From Gracilinanus agilis (Eukaryota), in the NCBI RefSeq assembly GCF_016433145.1, contig NC_058135.1, positions 191,476,118-191,540,117 of the forward strand: 64,000 nucleotides of DNA, given 5' to 3'. Below, one piece after another: positions 54,301 to 60,820 of the stretch. Under the pieces are notes generated by a model. It did no database searches. It was not told the origin of the DNA and worked only from the letters and a program-made list of their open reading frames with translations. Positions within the stretch are counted from its first letter, which is position 1. Each line of letters starts with the position of its first letter. A program made the position numbers and the translations under genes.

Positions 54301-56649
54301 AGATGAAAGGAAAGTTCCCACATTTCTCCATTCCACTTTCTCTGATTAACTACTTATTAGTTACTCTAATAATCTTCCATTCCACTAATGAAGACAAATT
54401 TGCTTTGAACCAAACATTCAATAGTTTCCATAAATTACTTTAGGAGATAAATACATGCTCAGTCTGCCTTATAGAATTAGGCCTTTTGAAAAAATTCCCA
54501 AATAGTTCTTCATCATGAAAGTAGGAAACATTTGCAATATATTCCTAGTCATGGGCCACAAAAACACTACCAAAAATATGATATTATAATATAACATATG
54601 AAATCATAATACAATTCTGTTGTTATAACAAAAGAATATCATTATAATATTGGCATTAGTAGATAAGAAAGGCCAGAGTGGTTAAAAACATTCTGTGTTA
54701 TACTTATGCATTATATACATTATTAAGTGTATGAGAAAGCATTTTATTGATGATATAATTTAATCTTTTAATGTCTTATTCTATTTATTTACTTCACTAT
54801 CTCAATAAATTCTGTGAAATTACTGATATGAGTATACACTCACCAAAAGTGAAGCACTCAACTCATCCATGCCTTCTCATCTTGTACAGTTCTTGTTCTC
54901 ACTGTCCCTTAGAAGTCTATACAGGAACTATCAAATGACAACCTCAACTATCCTGAATAAAGCTAAAATCAGAGAGCAAGGGGGAAAAATGCCTAAAAGT
55001 AGCCAAAATGGATGGGTCAGAGATAACTCACCAAAAAAAAAATATGTACAGGAAATGTCCTCACACTCTTACTTAAAATCTGTTTACTCTTTGGACAATA
55101 TTAAAATTGTCCAAATTGATAGGCATAACTATCTAGTTTCCCCACCCATTAAAGATATACTTGGTAGAGTAGTAAAAGCATTTGAGTATGAGTTAAGGGA
55201 ATCTAATCAACATTATGCTGCTAATTAACTATGAGTAAGTAGAAGAAATTTTCATTCAAAATGATTAATTTTTAAAAAACTTTTCCTACATAAGTTATCT
55301 GTAAAGTTCACTTTTATGAGATGTCCCATTCCTCTACTATGTAGGATGTGATATATTACTAAAAATCTTCAGTCTATTAACAATAAAAATAGAAAATATA
55401 CCAAGTTCATAAGGAAATTTTTGTAGTAAGGTTTGGGATAATATTAGCAACACTAATATTTTAAACAAAATATTGGCTAATTGTACCAAGATGCTATACA
55501 CAGCATCTCTTCTAAGACCTTCAATATTTTCACATTGATTATTTTATTCATCTTCACAAGATCCTTAAATGGTAGTTAAGGACAGAAAATGAGAATGCAT
55601 GCAGCATGACAGAGAAATCTAAAAATCAGTGGAAAAACTCACACAGTCAGTTCACTATAAACAGCATTATGAAGTTTCTTCTCCCAACCTGTAAAATTAA
55701 AATGTAAAATATAGGTTTCAGTAAAAAAAATTATTTATTGCTATTAACCATACAATGTGAAACTATGTTATCATAGTGATTGTTTCATTCCCTAAAACTC
55801 TCCTACAAATTCACCAAGCTCTAATGACTAACACTGGGTGTCACAGCCATCACTGAATCAATTGTCTTTGATAAAAGAACAAAAGAACATTATGCAGCAT
55901 TTTTTTGGGATAGAAGTACCACCCACCCTTCTTTCCTTCTATCAGAATACACAGTATTTCTCAGCACCCTGTGTGGCAGCAAAATCAGTAGGTTAGGAGT
56001 TAAAAGATCTAATTAACATTATCCTGTTAATTACATCACAATTTTTCTGGGCCTCAAACAAAAAATTAGTTTGGACAAGATGACTTTTTAAGATCCTTAT
56101 ACATACATGCACAAACATACACACACACATTTTAATTGCAATTTTACCTCTTTTTTTTCAGTTAGGGGAAATCAAATAAAAAATATGAAGGAAGAGAGAA
56201 TACAAAGGAGAAAAATAAATCAGAAATCACAACTTAAAGGCAAATAAATCATGTCTGTTAAACTTATTAGATAATCCATTATGCTTATTATATTCTTCAC
56301 ATGGGATAAAGTCATTTAGTATTCATTAATGTAACTAGTCATTTACTCAGCACTGACTGAATCTTCAGAAACATCCTCTCTGCAACCAGAAACTCATTCA
56401 CTCTTTATATTTATTCTTCATTCCTTTCCTCAAAGAGACTGTAGCAGAAGTAATTTTATGGGTGGGAGAATAAAGTAATTATTTTATATTCCTCTGTATA
56501 TGTATATATAGACATAGATACAGATATATAGAAATATTCCTCTTTTAGCGTGACAAAAAGTAGCTAATTTACAAACCTGTTATTCTAAAGAACTCCTTAA
56601 TATCTTCTTTGAGGGTTTCAAGTTTAATCTCAGGTTTCTGAAGACTAAC
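11..56649 (-). CDS. TBC1D19: TBC1 domain family member 19, partial multi-exon CDS (13 exons, about exons 2-14; both ends of the gene lie outside the window)
   Basis: Exons of 73,46,76,75,64,47,111,73,39,113,75,63,85 nt, all GT-AG, join in frame (940 nt). The translation matches the TBC1D19 protein as I recall it (e.g. GSWEKRILKSLNSMCTELSIPLARK, QYIRQGSPTALRAELWALIL, DVKLTASNDDYYFVFEDYLYQ). Confidence 0.97.
2069..2231. mobile_element. Ancient hAT MITE, Charlie4z-like
   Basis: Degenerate TIR (ggttcttaac...gttaacaacc); internal aaaataaaatacataggatta...aaggaaaccaa; 8-bp flanks ctttagga/ctttagaa. Confidence 0.7.
2396..2525 (+). mobile_element. Mariner-like (MARNA-like) 3' fragment
   Basis: gagttccgaaagtattttgaacaattgcag...aaggtaactattttgaaaga resembles the mariner transposase 3' end; approximate bounds. 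Confidence 0.45.
3312..3518 (+). mobile_element. hAT (Charlie-group) MITE, ~205 bp, copy 1
   Basis: TIR cagtgatgggcaaact...actgcctgtcactg; perfect 8-bp TSD ccctagat (3304-3311, 3519-3526); inserted into a MIR-like element. Confidence 0.88.
4619..4801 (+). mobile_element. SINE1_Mdo-type CORE-SINE, young short-tail subfamily
   Basis: ggggcagctgggtagctcagtgg head, A tail, perfect 15-bp TSD aaaatgctgattatt; sits in an L2 3' tail. Confidence 0.92.
6760..7200 (+). mobile_element. L2 LINE fragment
   Basis: Pyrimidine-rich L2 ORF2 3' region (catttccatgatgtgaactacagcatctatgcaaataattcc; ctcaaactcagtacttccccaaactgacc); approximate bounds. Confidence 0.65.
7625..7750 (-). mobile_element. MAR1-type SINE fragment (RTE-derived tail)
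   Basis: gggattttcttggcaaagatactggaatggtttgccatttt. Confidence 0.8.
8249..8314. repeat. Tandem duplication, period ~34 bp
   Basis: gtatttaataaatgtgttatattatagtattt and gtatttaataaatgtgtcatattataatattt. Confidence 0.8.
8959..9418. mobile_element. Tc1/mariner (Tigger-like) non-autonomous element
   Basis: TIR cagatatcccttccacat ... atgtggaagggttatctatctg, flanked by TA on both sides. Confidence 0.78.
10020..10220 (+). mobile_element. MIR/MIR3-type SINE
   Basis: CORE block gaatgcaaattccaactctgccatttactacctg...tctgggcttcagttttcttatcagtaaaatg. Confidence 0.75.
10420..11175 (-). mobile_element. L2 LINE 3' fragment
   Basis: Antisense L2 tail (ctactatgtg...taagtgctgggaatacaaaag) continuing into the purine-rich L2 body; approximate bounds. 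Confidence 0.72.
12201..13128 (+). repeat. Dispersed direct duplication: copy A 12201-12378, copy B 12948-13128
   Basis: Manual alignment from caaacctatcatcatgta to gataatatcttt; roughly 90% identity with 3 small indels. Confidence 0.92.
12545..12947 (-). mobile_element. L2 3' fragment, interrupted by a plus-strand L1 3'-end fragment (~12690-12825)
   Basis: ttcatttaatcaacaaacatttattatgtacc L2 tail; ggagaaaacttgaattcaaag...aattgtttctacatgtaactg plus A-rich end is typical of a marsupial L1 3' UTR. Confidence 0.65.
14568..14630 (-). CDS. TBC1D19: TBC1D19 exon 13 (63 nt): DVKLTASNDDYYFVFEDYLYQ
   Basis: Acceptor ctttaattctag|; donor CAG|gtaagt. Confidence 0.97.
15090..18000 (+). mobile_element. 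Decayed L1: partial 5' UTR, ORF1 (~15651-16625), spacer, ORF2 endonuclease N-terminus (~17170-17505) fused to a late-ORF2 segment (~17506-18000)
   Basis: ORF1 motifs (DNLRII, MEMERIHKS, YHRV); ORF2 MNVNGMNSLIK...TICCLQEIH...ILNIYASNG followed directly by DQWNRL; many stops and frameshifts. Confidence 0.9.
17667..17870 (-). mobile_element. hAT (Charlie-group) MITE, copy 2, nested in L1 ORF2
   Basis: TIR (a)agtgatgggcaaac...gtttgcccatcattg; flanks agatagac/gtatagac; reverse complement of copies 1 and 3. Confidence 0.88.
18001..18457 (+). mobile_element. LTR-like element with promoter motif cluster; ends ambiguous
   Basis: Starts TGT; ZNF143-like aactacatttcccatgattcc, several GGAA cores and local CpGs; no clear terminal CA or 4-6 bp TSD. 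Confidence 0.5.
19500..19960 (-). mobile_element. L2 3' fragment
   Basis: catgcatttattaaatgatgactctgtgccag...ggaagcattccaggtatgaggg; approximate bounds. Confidence 0.68.
20225..20895 (+). mobile_element. Solo ERV LTR (671 bp)
   Basis: TG...CA termini (tgtgtgaatag...ctcttaca), 4-bp TSD taag, AATAAA near 20768, GGAA motifs. Confidence 0.75.
21133..21252. repeat. Compound microsatellite: (TAC)~23, (ATCTAC)3, (TGC)n, (TAC)n
   Basis: Read directly; explains the poly-Ser track ORF 21122..21379. Confidence 0.98.
21770..22630 (+). mobile_element. L3/CR1 3' fragment, interrupted by an antisense L2 tail (~21980-22255)
   Basis: tctgctcagaccatatcttgagtactgg...cattttaggaag and later ttcttcaagcaaaagctatctgaccat are L3 3' motifs; insert begins aatcaagcaaaacaagcatttattaag. 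Confidence 0.7.
22979..23053 (-). CDS. TBC1D19: TBC1D19 exon 12 (75 nt): DLLYYEQLKSNVIQHDLLVDSLIYK
   Basis: Acceptor tcttttattttag|; donor AAG|gtaagt. Confidence 0.96.
24559..24755. mobile_element. Charlie4z-like hAT MITE (opposite orientation to 2069)
   Basis: ctgtatttcaaaataattggtttcctctataatcct...attctgagaaggg...ccaccagactgcc; flanks ttccagaa/ctctagaa. Confidence 0.72.
25280..25480 (+). mobile_element. MIR/Ther-type CORE-SINE
   Basis: tcagacacttaccacagctatgtgaccc...tctctcagcctcagtttcctgatctgtaaaatgggg. Confidence 0.8.
26200..27205 (+). mobile_element. L2 3' fragment split by a SINE1 insertion
   Basis: ctctctccaatcc...tctgaccatgtcaccttgctcctcaatggcctcca...cttaacatagtgtctggtgcctagaaagcacttaatgaatg. 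Confidence 0.68.
26488..26685 (-). mobile_element. SINE1_Mdo-type SINE (long-tail, older)
   Basis: Reverse head ctgagccacctagctgcccc; TSD-like tgcaatagcctttt/tgcaacagcctttt. Confidence 0.88.
27754..27809. repeat. Minisatellite, unit of 16-17 bp (aataggtcttattaaa), ~3.4 copies
   Basis: Read directly. Confidence 0.85.
27870..29700 (-). mobile_element. Decayed RTE-clade LINE ORF fragment (reverse transcriptase through C-terminus)
   Basis: Minus-strand translation gives RTE RT-like motifs: LRDQFPRYLKR..., IFTV...CLLFVD(F)KK, RVQIEGFPVIGKVFQ, YLG...NELGPELSR; many lesions; approximate bounds. Confidence 0.75.
30185..30349. mobile_element. hAT MITE, 165 bp (second family)
   Basis: TIR cagggctcagcaacc...gttaccaacccctg; perfect palindromic 8-bp TSD ctctagag (30177-30184, 30350-30357). 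Confidence 0.88.
31075..31285 (-). mobile_element. MAR1-type SINE
   Basis: ttggggttttcttagcaaacatactaaagtgatttgccatttcc...acagatgagaaaactgaggc...gaggccagatttgaactcagg. Confidence 0.82.
32507..32619 (-). CDS. TBC1D19: TBC1D19 exon 11 (113 nt): (V)LAEQDSAAAQQYIRQGSPTALRAELWALILNVSNQPE, start of the TBC/Rab-GAP-like domain
   Basis: Acceptor ttttctttcggcag|; donor GAG|gtaagt; overlaps track ORF 32414..32647. Confidence 0.97.
32808..33001 (+). mobile_element. SINE1_Mdo-type SINE, young short-tail subfamily
   Basis: Near-consensus with CpGs retained (gacggg, tccggc); 15-bp TSD aaaactaggtttatt/aaaactatgtttatt. Confidence 0.92.
33465..33657. mobile_element. Charlie4z-like hAT MITE
   Basis: taggggttcttaatct...gtgtaaaatgaaatatataggattata...aaccaatt...agttatcaaaata. 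Confidence 0.7.
33929..34105 (-). mobile_element. SINE1_Mdo-type SINE (long-tail, older)
   Basis: Reverse head tatccactaagtcacctagcagccc; TSD-like taaaatctgtctta/taaaatctatctta. Confidence 0.85.
34889..34927 (-). CDS. TBC1D19: TBC1D19 exon 10 (39 nt): (E)LFENEHVRLGQK(V)
   Basis: Acceptor ctccaaactcag|; donor AAG|gtaagt. Confidence 0.95.
36831..36903 (-). CDS. TBC1D19: TBC1D19 exon 9 (73 nt): KEFFVELSLNTGQLGIDDATQVPP(E)
   Basis: Acceptor atttttcag|; donor CTG|gttagt; overlaps track ORF 36826..37008. Confidence 0.96.
38225..38425 (+). mobile_element. MIR-type SINE
   Basis: gatagaatactgggcttgg...ctgagtttgaaacccaggtc...tctcagtagcttcatctgtgaaatgaagataata. Confidence 0.72.
40606..40716 (-). CDS. 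TBC1D19: TBC1D19 exon 8 (111 nt): VLINLRNPNYENGEHLNFKTHLGLIQVPLKVKYISEL
   Basis: Acceptor gtatttttgaaag|; donor TTG|gtaagt. Confidence 0.96.
41326..41524 (+). mobile_element. SINE1_Mdo-type SINE, young short-tail subfamily
   Basis: ggggcagcttggtagctcagtgg head; TSD-like taaataatataaa(aa/g)att on both sides. Confidence 0.9.
41928..41967. repeat. Short tandem repeat, unit of 15 bp (aaaataccaaatact), ~2.7 copies
   Basis: Read directly. Confidence 0.8.
43021..43067 (-). CDS. TBC1D19: TBC1D19 exon 7 (47 nt): (D)LSLFRPVYAPKDFLE
   Basis: Acceptor tttctcattctag|; donor GAG|gtaaat. Confidence 0.96.
44033..44096 (-). CDS. TBC1D19: TBC1D19 exon 6 (64 nt): RPVVEQKELLNKWNEMGTDEP(D)
   Basis: Acceptor ttttcccccaaag|; donor CAG|gtatgt. 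Confidence 0.96.
45196..45355 (-). mobile_element. SINE1_Mdo-type SINE, internally deleted
   Basis: ttaccttccatcttagaatcaatac...ggggttaagtcacttgcccagggtcac...tacctagctgcctcc. Confidence 0.82.
46000..46074 (-). CDS. TBC1D19: TBC1D19 exon 5 (75 nt): GSWEKRILKSLNSMCTELSIPLARK
   Basis: Acceptor tatatttcag|; donor AAG|gtatta. Confidence 0.97.
46545..47370 (-). mobile_element. L2 3' fragment interrupted by hAT MITE copy 3
   Basis: atcaatcaattggcaaacatttattaagtatctattctatgctaggc...aagatttggcaactgactgg. Confidence 0.72.
47044..47246 (+). mobile_element. hAT (Charlie-group) MITE, copy 3
   Basis: TIR cagtgatgggct...gtttgcccatcactc; TSD gtctagag/atctagag. Confidence 0.88.
47620..48640 (-). mobile_element. 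L2 fragment interrupted by an older SINE1 (~48165-48356, plus strand)
   Basis: Purine-rich antisense L2 body on both sides of aattaggtggctcagtggattgaaagctaggcctagag...aagggtttttaaaaaaaa. Confidence 0.68.
48781..48886 (+). mobile_element. 3'-truncated SINE1-type SINE
   Basis: gggcagctaggtggctcagtggattg...gaccctggcaagtcac, then the sequence ends. Confidence 0.78.
50401..50651 (-). mobile_element. MIR/Ther-type CORE-SINE with (gaaaat)n tail
   Basis: agctagcatttacatagtgccttaaggttt...gataaggaaactgaggtaggcagag. Confidence 0.78.
50740..51180 (-). mobile_element. L2 3' fragment
   Basis: ataagcatttattaagcaactaccatgtgccaaacattgtgctag... Confidence 0.72.
51262..51318. repeat. (CT)~28 microsatellite preceded by an alternating purine-pyrimidine CpG tract and followed by a pyrimidine-rich tail
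   Basis: Read directly; explains the SLSLSL track ORF 51180..51509. Confidence 0.98.
51672..51747 (-). CDS. TBC1D19: TBC1D19 exon 4 (76 nt): FPLPRHPAAPPEHLKEPLVYMRKAQ
   Basis: Acceptor ttttttacag|; donor CAG|gttagc. Confidence 0.96.
52903..53125 (-). mobile_element. MAR1-type SINE
   Basis: ttgttgttgttgctgttcaaccatgtctgactctttgtgac...ttttcttggcaaagatact...cacctagctacctcc. Confidence 0.85.
53151..53579 (+). mobile_element. L1 5'-UTR-like insertion (429 bp) with perfect 14-bp TSD
   Basis: Begins ggtgaagccaagatgac (cf. L1 start GGNGGAGCCAAGATGGC); TSD gaaaagtttaatta at 53137-53150 and 53580-53593. Confidence 0.75.
55643..55688 (-). CDS. TBC1D19: TBC1D19 exon 3 (46 nt): (G)WEKKLHNAVYSELT(V)
   Basis: Acceptor ttaattttacag|; donor |gtgagt. 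Confidence 0.95.
56577..56649 (-). CDS. TBC1D19: TBC1D19 exon 2 (73 nt): VSLQKPEIKLETLKEDIKEFFRIT(G)
   Basis: Acceptor ttttttacacataacag|GTTAGT; donor AACAG|gtttgt. Confidence 0.95.
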
Positions 56650-57364
56650 CTGTTATGTGTAAAAAATAAATAAATTTGTTAAAATTAAGTCTTTTGGTTG
56701 ATACTGACCAATGTTCAAACTGAAGTAGATATGGTATATGTATATAGACTGCAAATAAACTTCATTTCCTTGTTCCAACATCATAAACACCTATCTTTTG
56801 AAAAGACTAACAAATAAAGGACTTTATTATTTCTTTCTAAAATAGTAGAATCAAGGACAATAGCTTGTAATACACTCAAAATGAAAATACTTGTAACTTG
56901 TACATATTTACCTTTTCACATATGAACCCCAAAAGGCAGGCAATAGATCTTAATGCAATTTTCCCTTCCTTGTACACATGACAACTTTATTGAATGTATC
57001 AAACTCAAAGAGATCTCTCATCACTATTTGAATTCTTCCATACATCTTTATGATGTGCTTAGACATAATTTTGTTCAGTGGCTAACCCCCCCTCGGATAA
57101 GATTTCATATGAGTAATGATACATATCTTAATGTATCCTAACTTCCTCTAATTTTGTACCAAATGAACATGGATTTATTCATTCCTAGTAGAGATTATCT
57201 TCTTTATATTTACCAGGGTTTTCACTCATATTATACTTTTTATTCTAATTTATTCCAAAACAGAAGACTGTATGATATAGAAAAAAAAAGTTTTAGAATG
57301 AGAGTCAGATAAGTTGAGCTTGAATTCTAGTCTCATCACCTACTCCCTTTATAATTTTATTAAG

Positions 57365-58560
57365 CTACATGCTCAATAAATGCCAGACACCTGTGTTAGG
57401 TGCTGAGAATACAAAGAGAAGAAAAAAATAGTCAAGAACTTTATATTCTATCATGGGGGGAAAAATGAAAATAAATAAGAGAATGCTATTTACAAAATAA
57501 AGTCAAGGTAAATTTGGAGGGGAGATTAGAATATTAGTAATTAGGAGATATCAGAAAAGACTTCCAGTATAAAATGGTCTTTGAGATGACTAATAAAAAT
57601 AAACTAGACTTTATTAAAAGCAGAGGTGAGAAGATGATGCATTCAAGAAAAAGGGGCAGGAGAGGGAAGACCAGTAAAAGGGCACATAAATGGAAACAAT
57701 CATTTGTGATGATCAAAAGAAAGTCCAACTTGGCTGAATCACAGTGTGTAAGAAAGGGAATAATGTATAATAAAGTTGAAAAGATAGACTGAGGTCAGAC
57801 TGTAAAAGTACGTATTTGATCCTAGAGGTAATAGGGAAAAATTAAGAGTTTAATTAGTTAGGGAGCTGACAGAAAATTAGTCTCATATCTGTATGGATCT
57901 TTGAAGATGAGAAGATTTAAGGAAATATCAGCAGTTAGGAGACTATTGCAATAAGAAAAAGGATTCCTCAAGACTGAAAGATAATAAGAGACTGAATGAA
58001 GGCAATGGTTCTGAGAACAGGAAGGGAAAAAAAGGAAACAGATGCAAGAAATTTTGTGGAAGTTAATAAAAAAACAATCAAGAGTTAGCAAATGGCTATG
58101 TGGGGTAAAGTTAACACTGGGGCTATGAACCTGGGTGGCTGGAATAATGGTGGTGCCTCAACATAAATGAAGATAATTGGGAAAGAAGTGGATTGAGATG
58201 GAAGAGGGAGGGGAAAAATTAATTCAGTTTTGGATTTACTGAGTTTGAGATATTAGAGGATATCCAGTTTGAAATATCTAATGGGTGGTTGGATGTAAGG
58301 TACTAAAGCTAAGGAGAGAAAGTGGAACAATATAGAAAATTGTGAGTCATTAGCACAGAGATTATCATTAAATCCATGGGTTCTAATGCATTCACCAAGG
58401 GAGAGTATAGAGAAAAAGACTGTCCAGAACAGAGCCTTGAAAAAGAATACACACAATTAGAAGATATGATATGGAAGATGTACTGGCAGAGGAGGGTTTC
58501 ACAGATAGAAGAGGAAACAAGAGAGTAGAGTAATTAAAACCTAAAAAGGACAGATTTATC
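57365..58560 (-). mobile_element. Long L2 3' fragment
   Basis: aataaatgccagacacctgtgttaggtgctgagaatacaaag... through gtccagaacagagccttg; approximate bounds. Confidence 0.75.
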
Positions 58561-58599
58561 CATTAACATTGCTATATGACCAACAAGTTAGAGGATTAG

Positions 58600-60820
58600 A
58601 CATTTCCTTCAAGCCTCATGGACTCATAAATCTTCAAAAAAGGAATTAAGTTCAAGAGATGAAGTAATTTAATCTGTCTTCATGGTACAGGTCACCAAGA
58701 AAACAAATAAGGAAAATCCCTACCCCTTTAACACACTTGGTAATTTTTCTTCTACTCTGAAGTTCCATGTTCCCAGAGGCAGGGCTTCAAAAGCCAACCC
58801 ACAGGCTTACAAAAGGTCTCAACTGTACACCCCAACCACCTCCTTCCTCCCAATGTGCAGAAGTCCAAATGGAAGAAATTTGCTCAGGCTGCAATACCAG
58901 GATAGTAGCATTCTGTGTGTCCCAAGAGAGCTTAGCCAGAGAACAGAAAAACAGAGAGAAAAAAGGCAGGCCCATGTATATGAACCTGTGTAACATTCAC
59001 TAAGTCTGAGGGAAAGAACACAATATTTAACTGCAGTTATCTCTGTTCTTTCCAGAAGTCACTTGAAGCAAAAATTAAATCTGGTAAACCATTAAGTGTC
59101 CAGTATGAGAAGATGCTTTAACCTCTACGGAAACTGCTATCAAAAGGTAGGGAATCAAAAAGAGAGCAATAGGGGGAATTAATGGGGGAGGGGGAGGAAT
59201 GAAGTTACCAGAGATCTCAGGAGGAAAAAACTCAATTCAAGACCTTAAGTCAAAAGGTAAGATCTTAAGGGTAAAGCAAAAAATGACCTCCAAATCAGGA
59301 AATTAATCAGCACCAAAAGAGGCAGAGGACCTTTGTAGATTCCCAAGGGAGCTTGGAACCACAGCAAATTATTTTAAGATCGTTTAAAGGAGAAATAAGA
59401 AATATGAAAGAATTTATGGCCTGCATCACAAAAATAATTAGCCAAGTAGAAAAACTTGAATCTACTCTAGAAAAATCTCACCAAAGCAACAAAAGGAAAT
59501 GATAACTAACTGGTAATATAAATACATGAAAGTGAAAAAGAATCTTGAAGAAGAGAACCTAAAAGCAACATTAAATAACATAAAATAATAACATTAAAAG
59601 CTTCCATGATCTCCATACAAGCAGAGCATACCAACTGATCTTGAAGATATGATGTATAAAAACAATTTAAGACTTAGAGGGCTTCACGAAGAATATGGCA
59701 AGTCAAAAAACTAATCACCTTCAGTCAAAGGTAAAACAAAAACATTGACCATAATACCTGAACACAGAAAACAAAGTGCCAGTTGAAAGAATCCATGAAT
59801 CATCTAAAAACAAAATCCCATTCTGCAAATTTCAAGTCACATATAATGGTTAAACTTAACAGTCCCATAGACAAAACAAATTTTGCAAGAGACAAAAAGA
59901 AAGGCCTTCATTATAAGAGAAAGCAAATTTTGAATAACAAAAGACTATTCCATACCCCAGGAGGGAATGGAATATGTTCCAAAGAGTCATAGGAACTCAA
60001 GGTGCAGCCTAAGGTAACCTATTCTGTAACTGAGTTAAATTATAAATGAAAAAGGATAGACATCCAAAAAGTCCTAGAAAGAAAACCTGACCTAAAAAAA
60101 TTATTTGCTTCTCATACACTTCAGAAAACAAATATAACAGGGAAAACAAATATGGCAACCAATAATAATAATAAAATAACAATAGAGATCATTAAGAGTT
60201 TTCTTTCTAAATGTACAGGTATGAACAAAAGGTGAAAGCAGAACTCAAAGAGAAAAATATTGAAGAAACAGGCATGAAACATCATGAATTAAATCTCAAC
60301 ACCTCATTTACAGGCGATTCAATGTTTTCTGTGGCACAAAATTACAAAATGGGAGTACACATAAAAGGGGGAAGAGAGGAAGAAGAAATGAAGGAATATA
60401 TGAGGTATCCTAACAAGATAGCCTAGAGGAAAATGAGAACAGAAGCAAAGGGAGAGATTGAAGCAGAAAGAAGAGAAAGGAAGAATTTTTGTTTCAGCAA
60501 AGAAATGGGGTACCAGTGATAAATGATCTTTTGAGGGAAAGGCATATGCTATAAAAAAGACATCGAAACCTTACAACTACTCTGATCTTCAGGGATTTAG
60601 TGCTTAGAGAGACCACTATTCCTGTCTCAAGAGGAGAATCAGAGTTGTTGGGGCAAATGACATCCAAAATGTGGGTCAGTTTTACTAAACTTTCCTATTT
60701 TTAAAAAATTCATTAGTGTAAAGAACACTTCTCTGGGAGGGGTAGGAAAAAGAATATGGTGGAAAATAGAGTAATGTAAAAACAAAAGACAAATTAAAAA
60801 AAATTTTTTAAAAAATAAAC
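58600..60820 (+). mobile_element. Old L1-ORF1-only (HAL1-like) element, decayed
   Basis: ORF1 motifs TDLEDMMYKNNLRLRGLHEE, VPVERIHES, REWNMFQ...QPKVTYS (~59630-60030), then a 3' end gtaatgtaaaaacaaaagac plus A-rich tail with no recognisable ORF2; 5' boundary uncertain. Confidence 0.68.

Noticed and set aside
54835-55035. Two minus-strand G|GTGAGT donor-like motifs in intron 3
   Set aside because: No convincing upstream pyrimidine tract and AG to define an exon.
54869-55228. Longest track ORF (119 aa, plus strand)
   Set aside because: No recognisable domain, antisense within intron 3, and a length compatible with chance among six frames of 64 kb.
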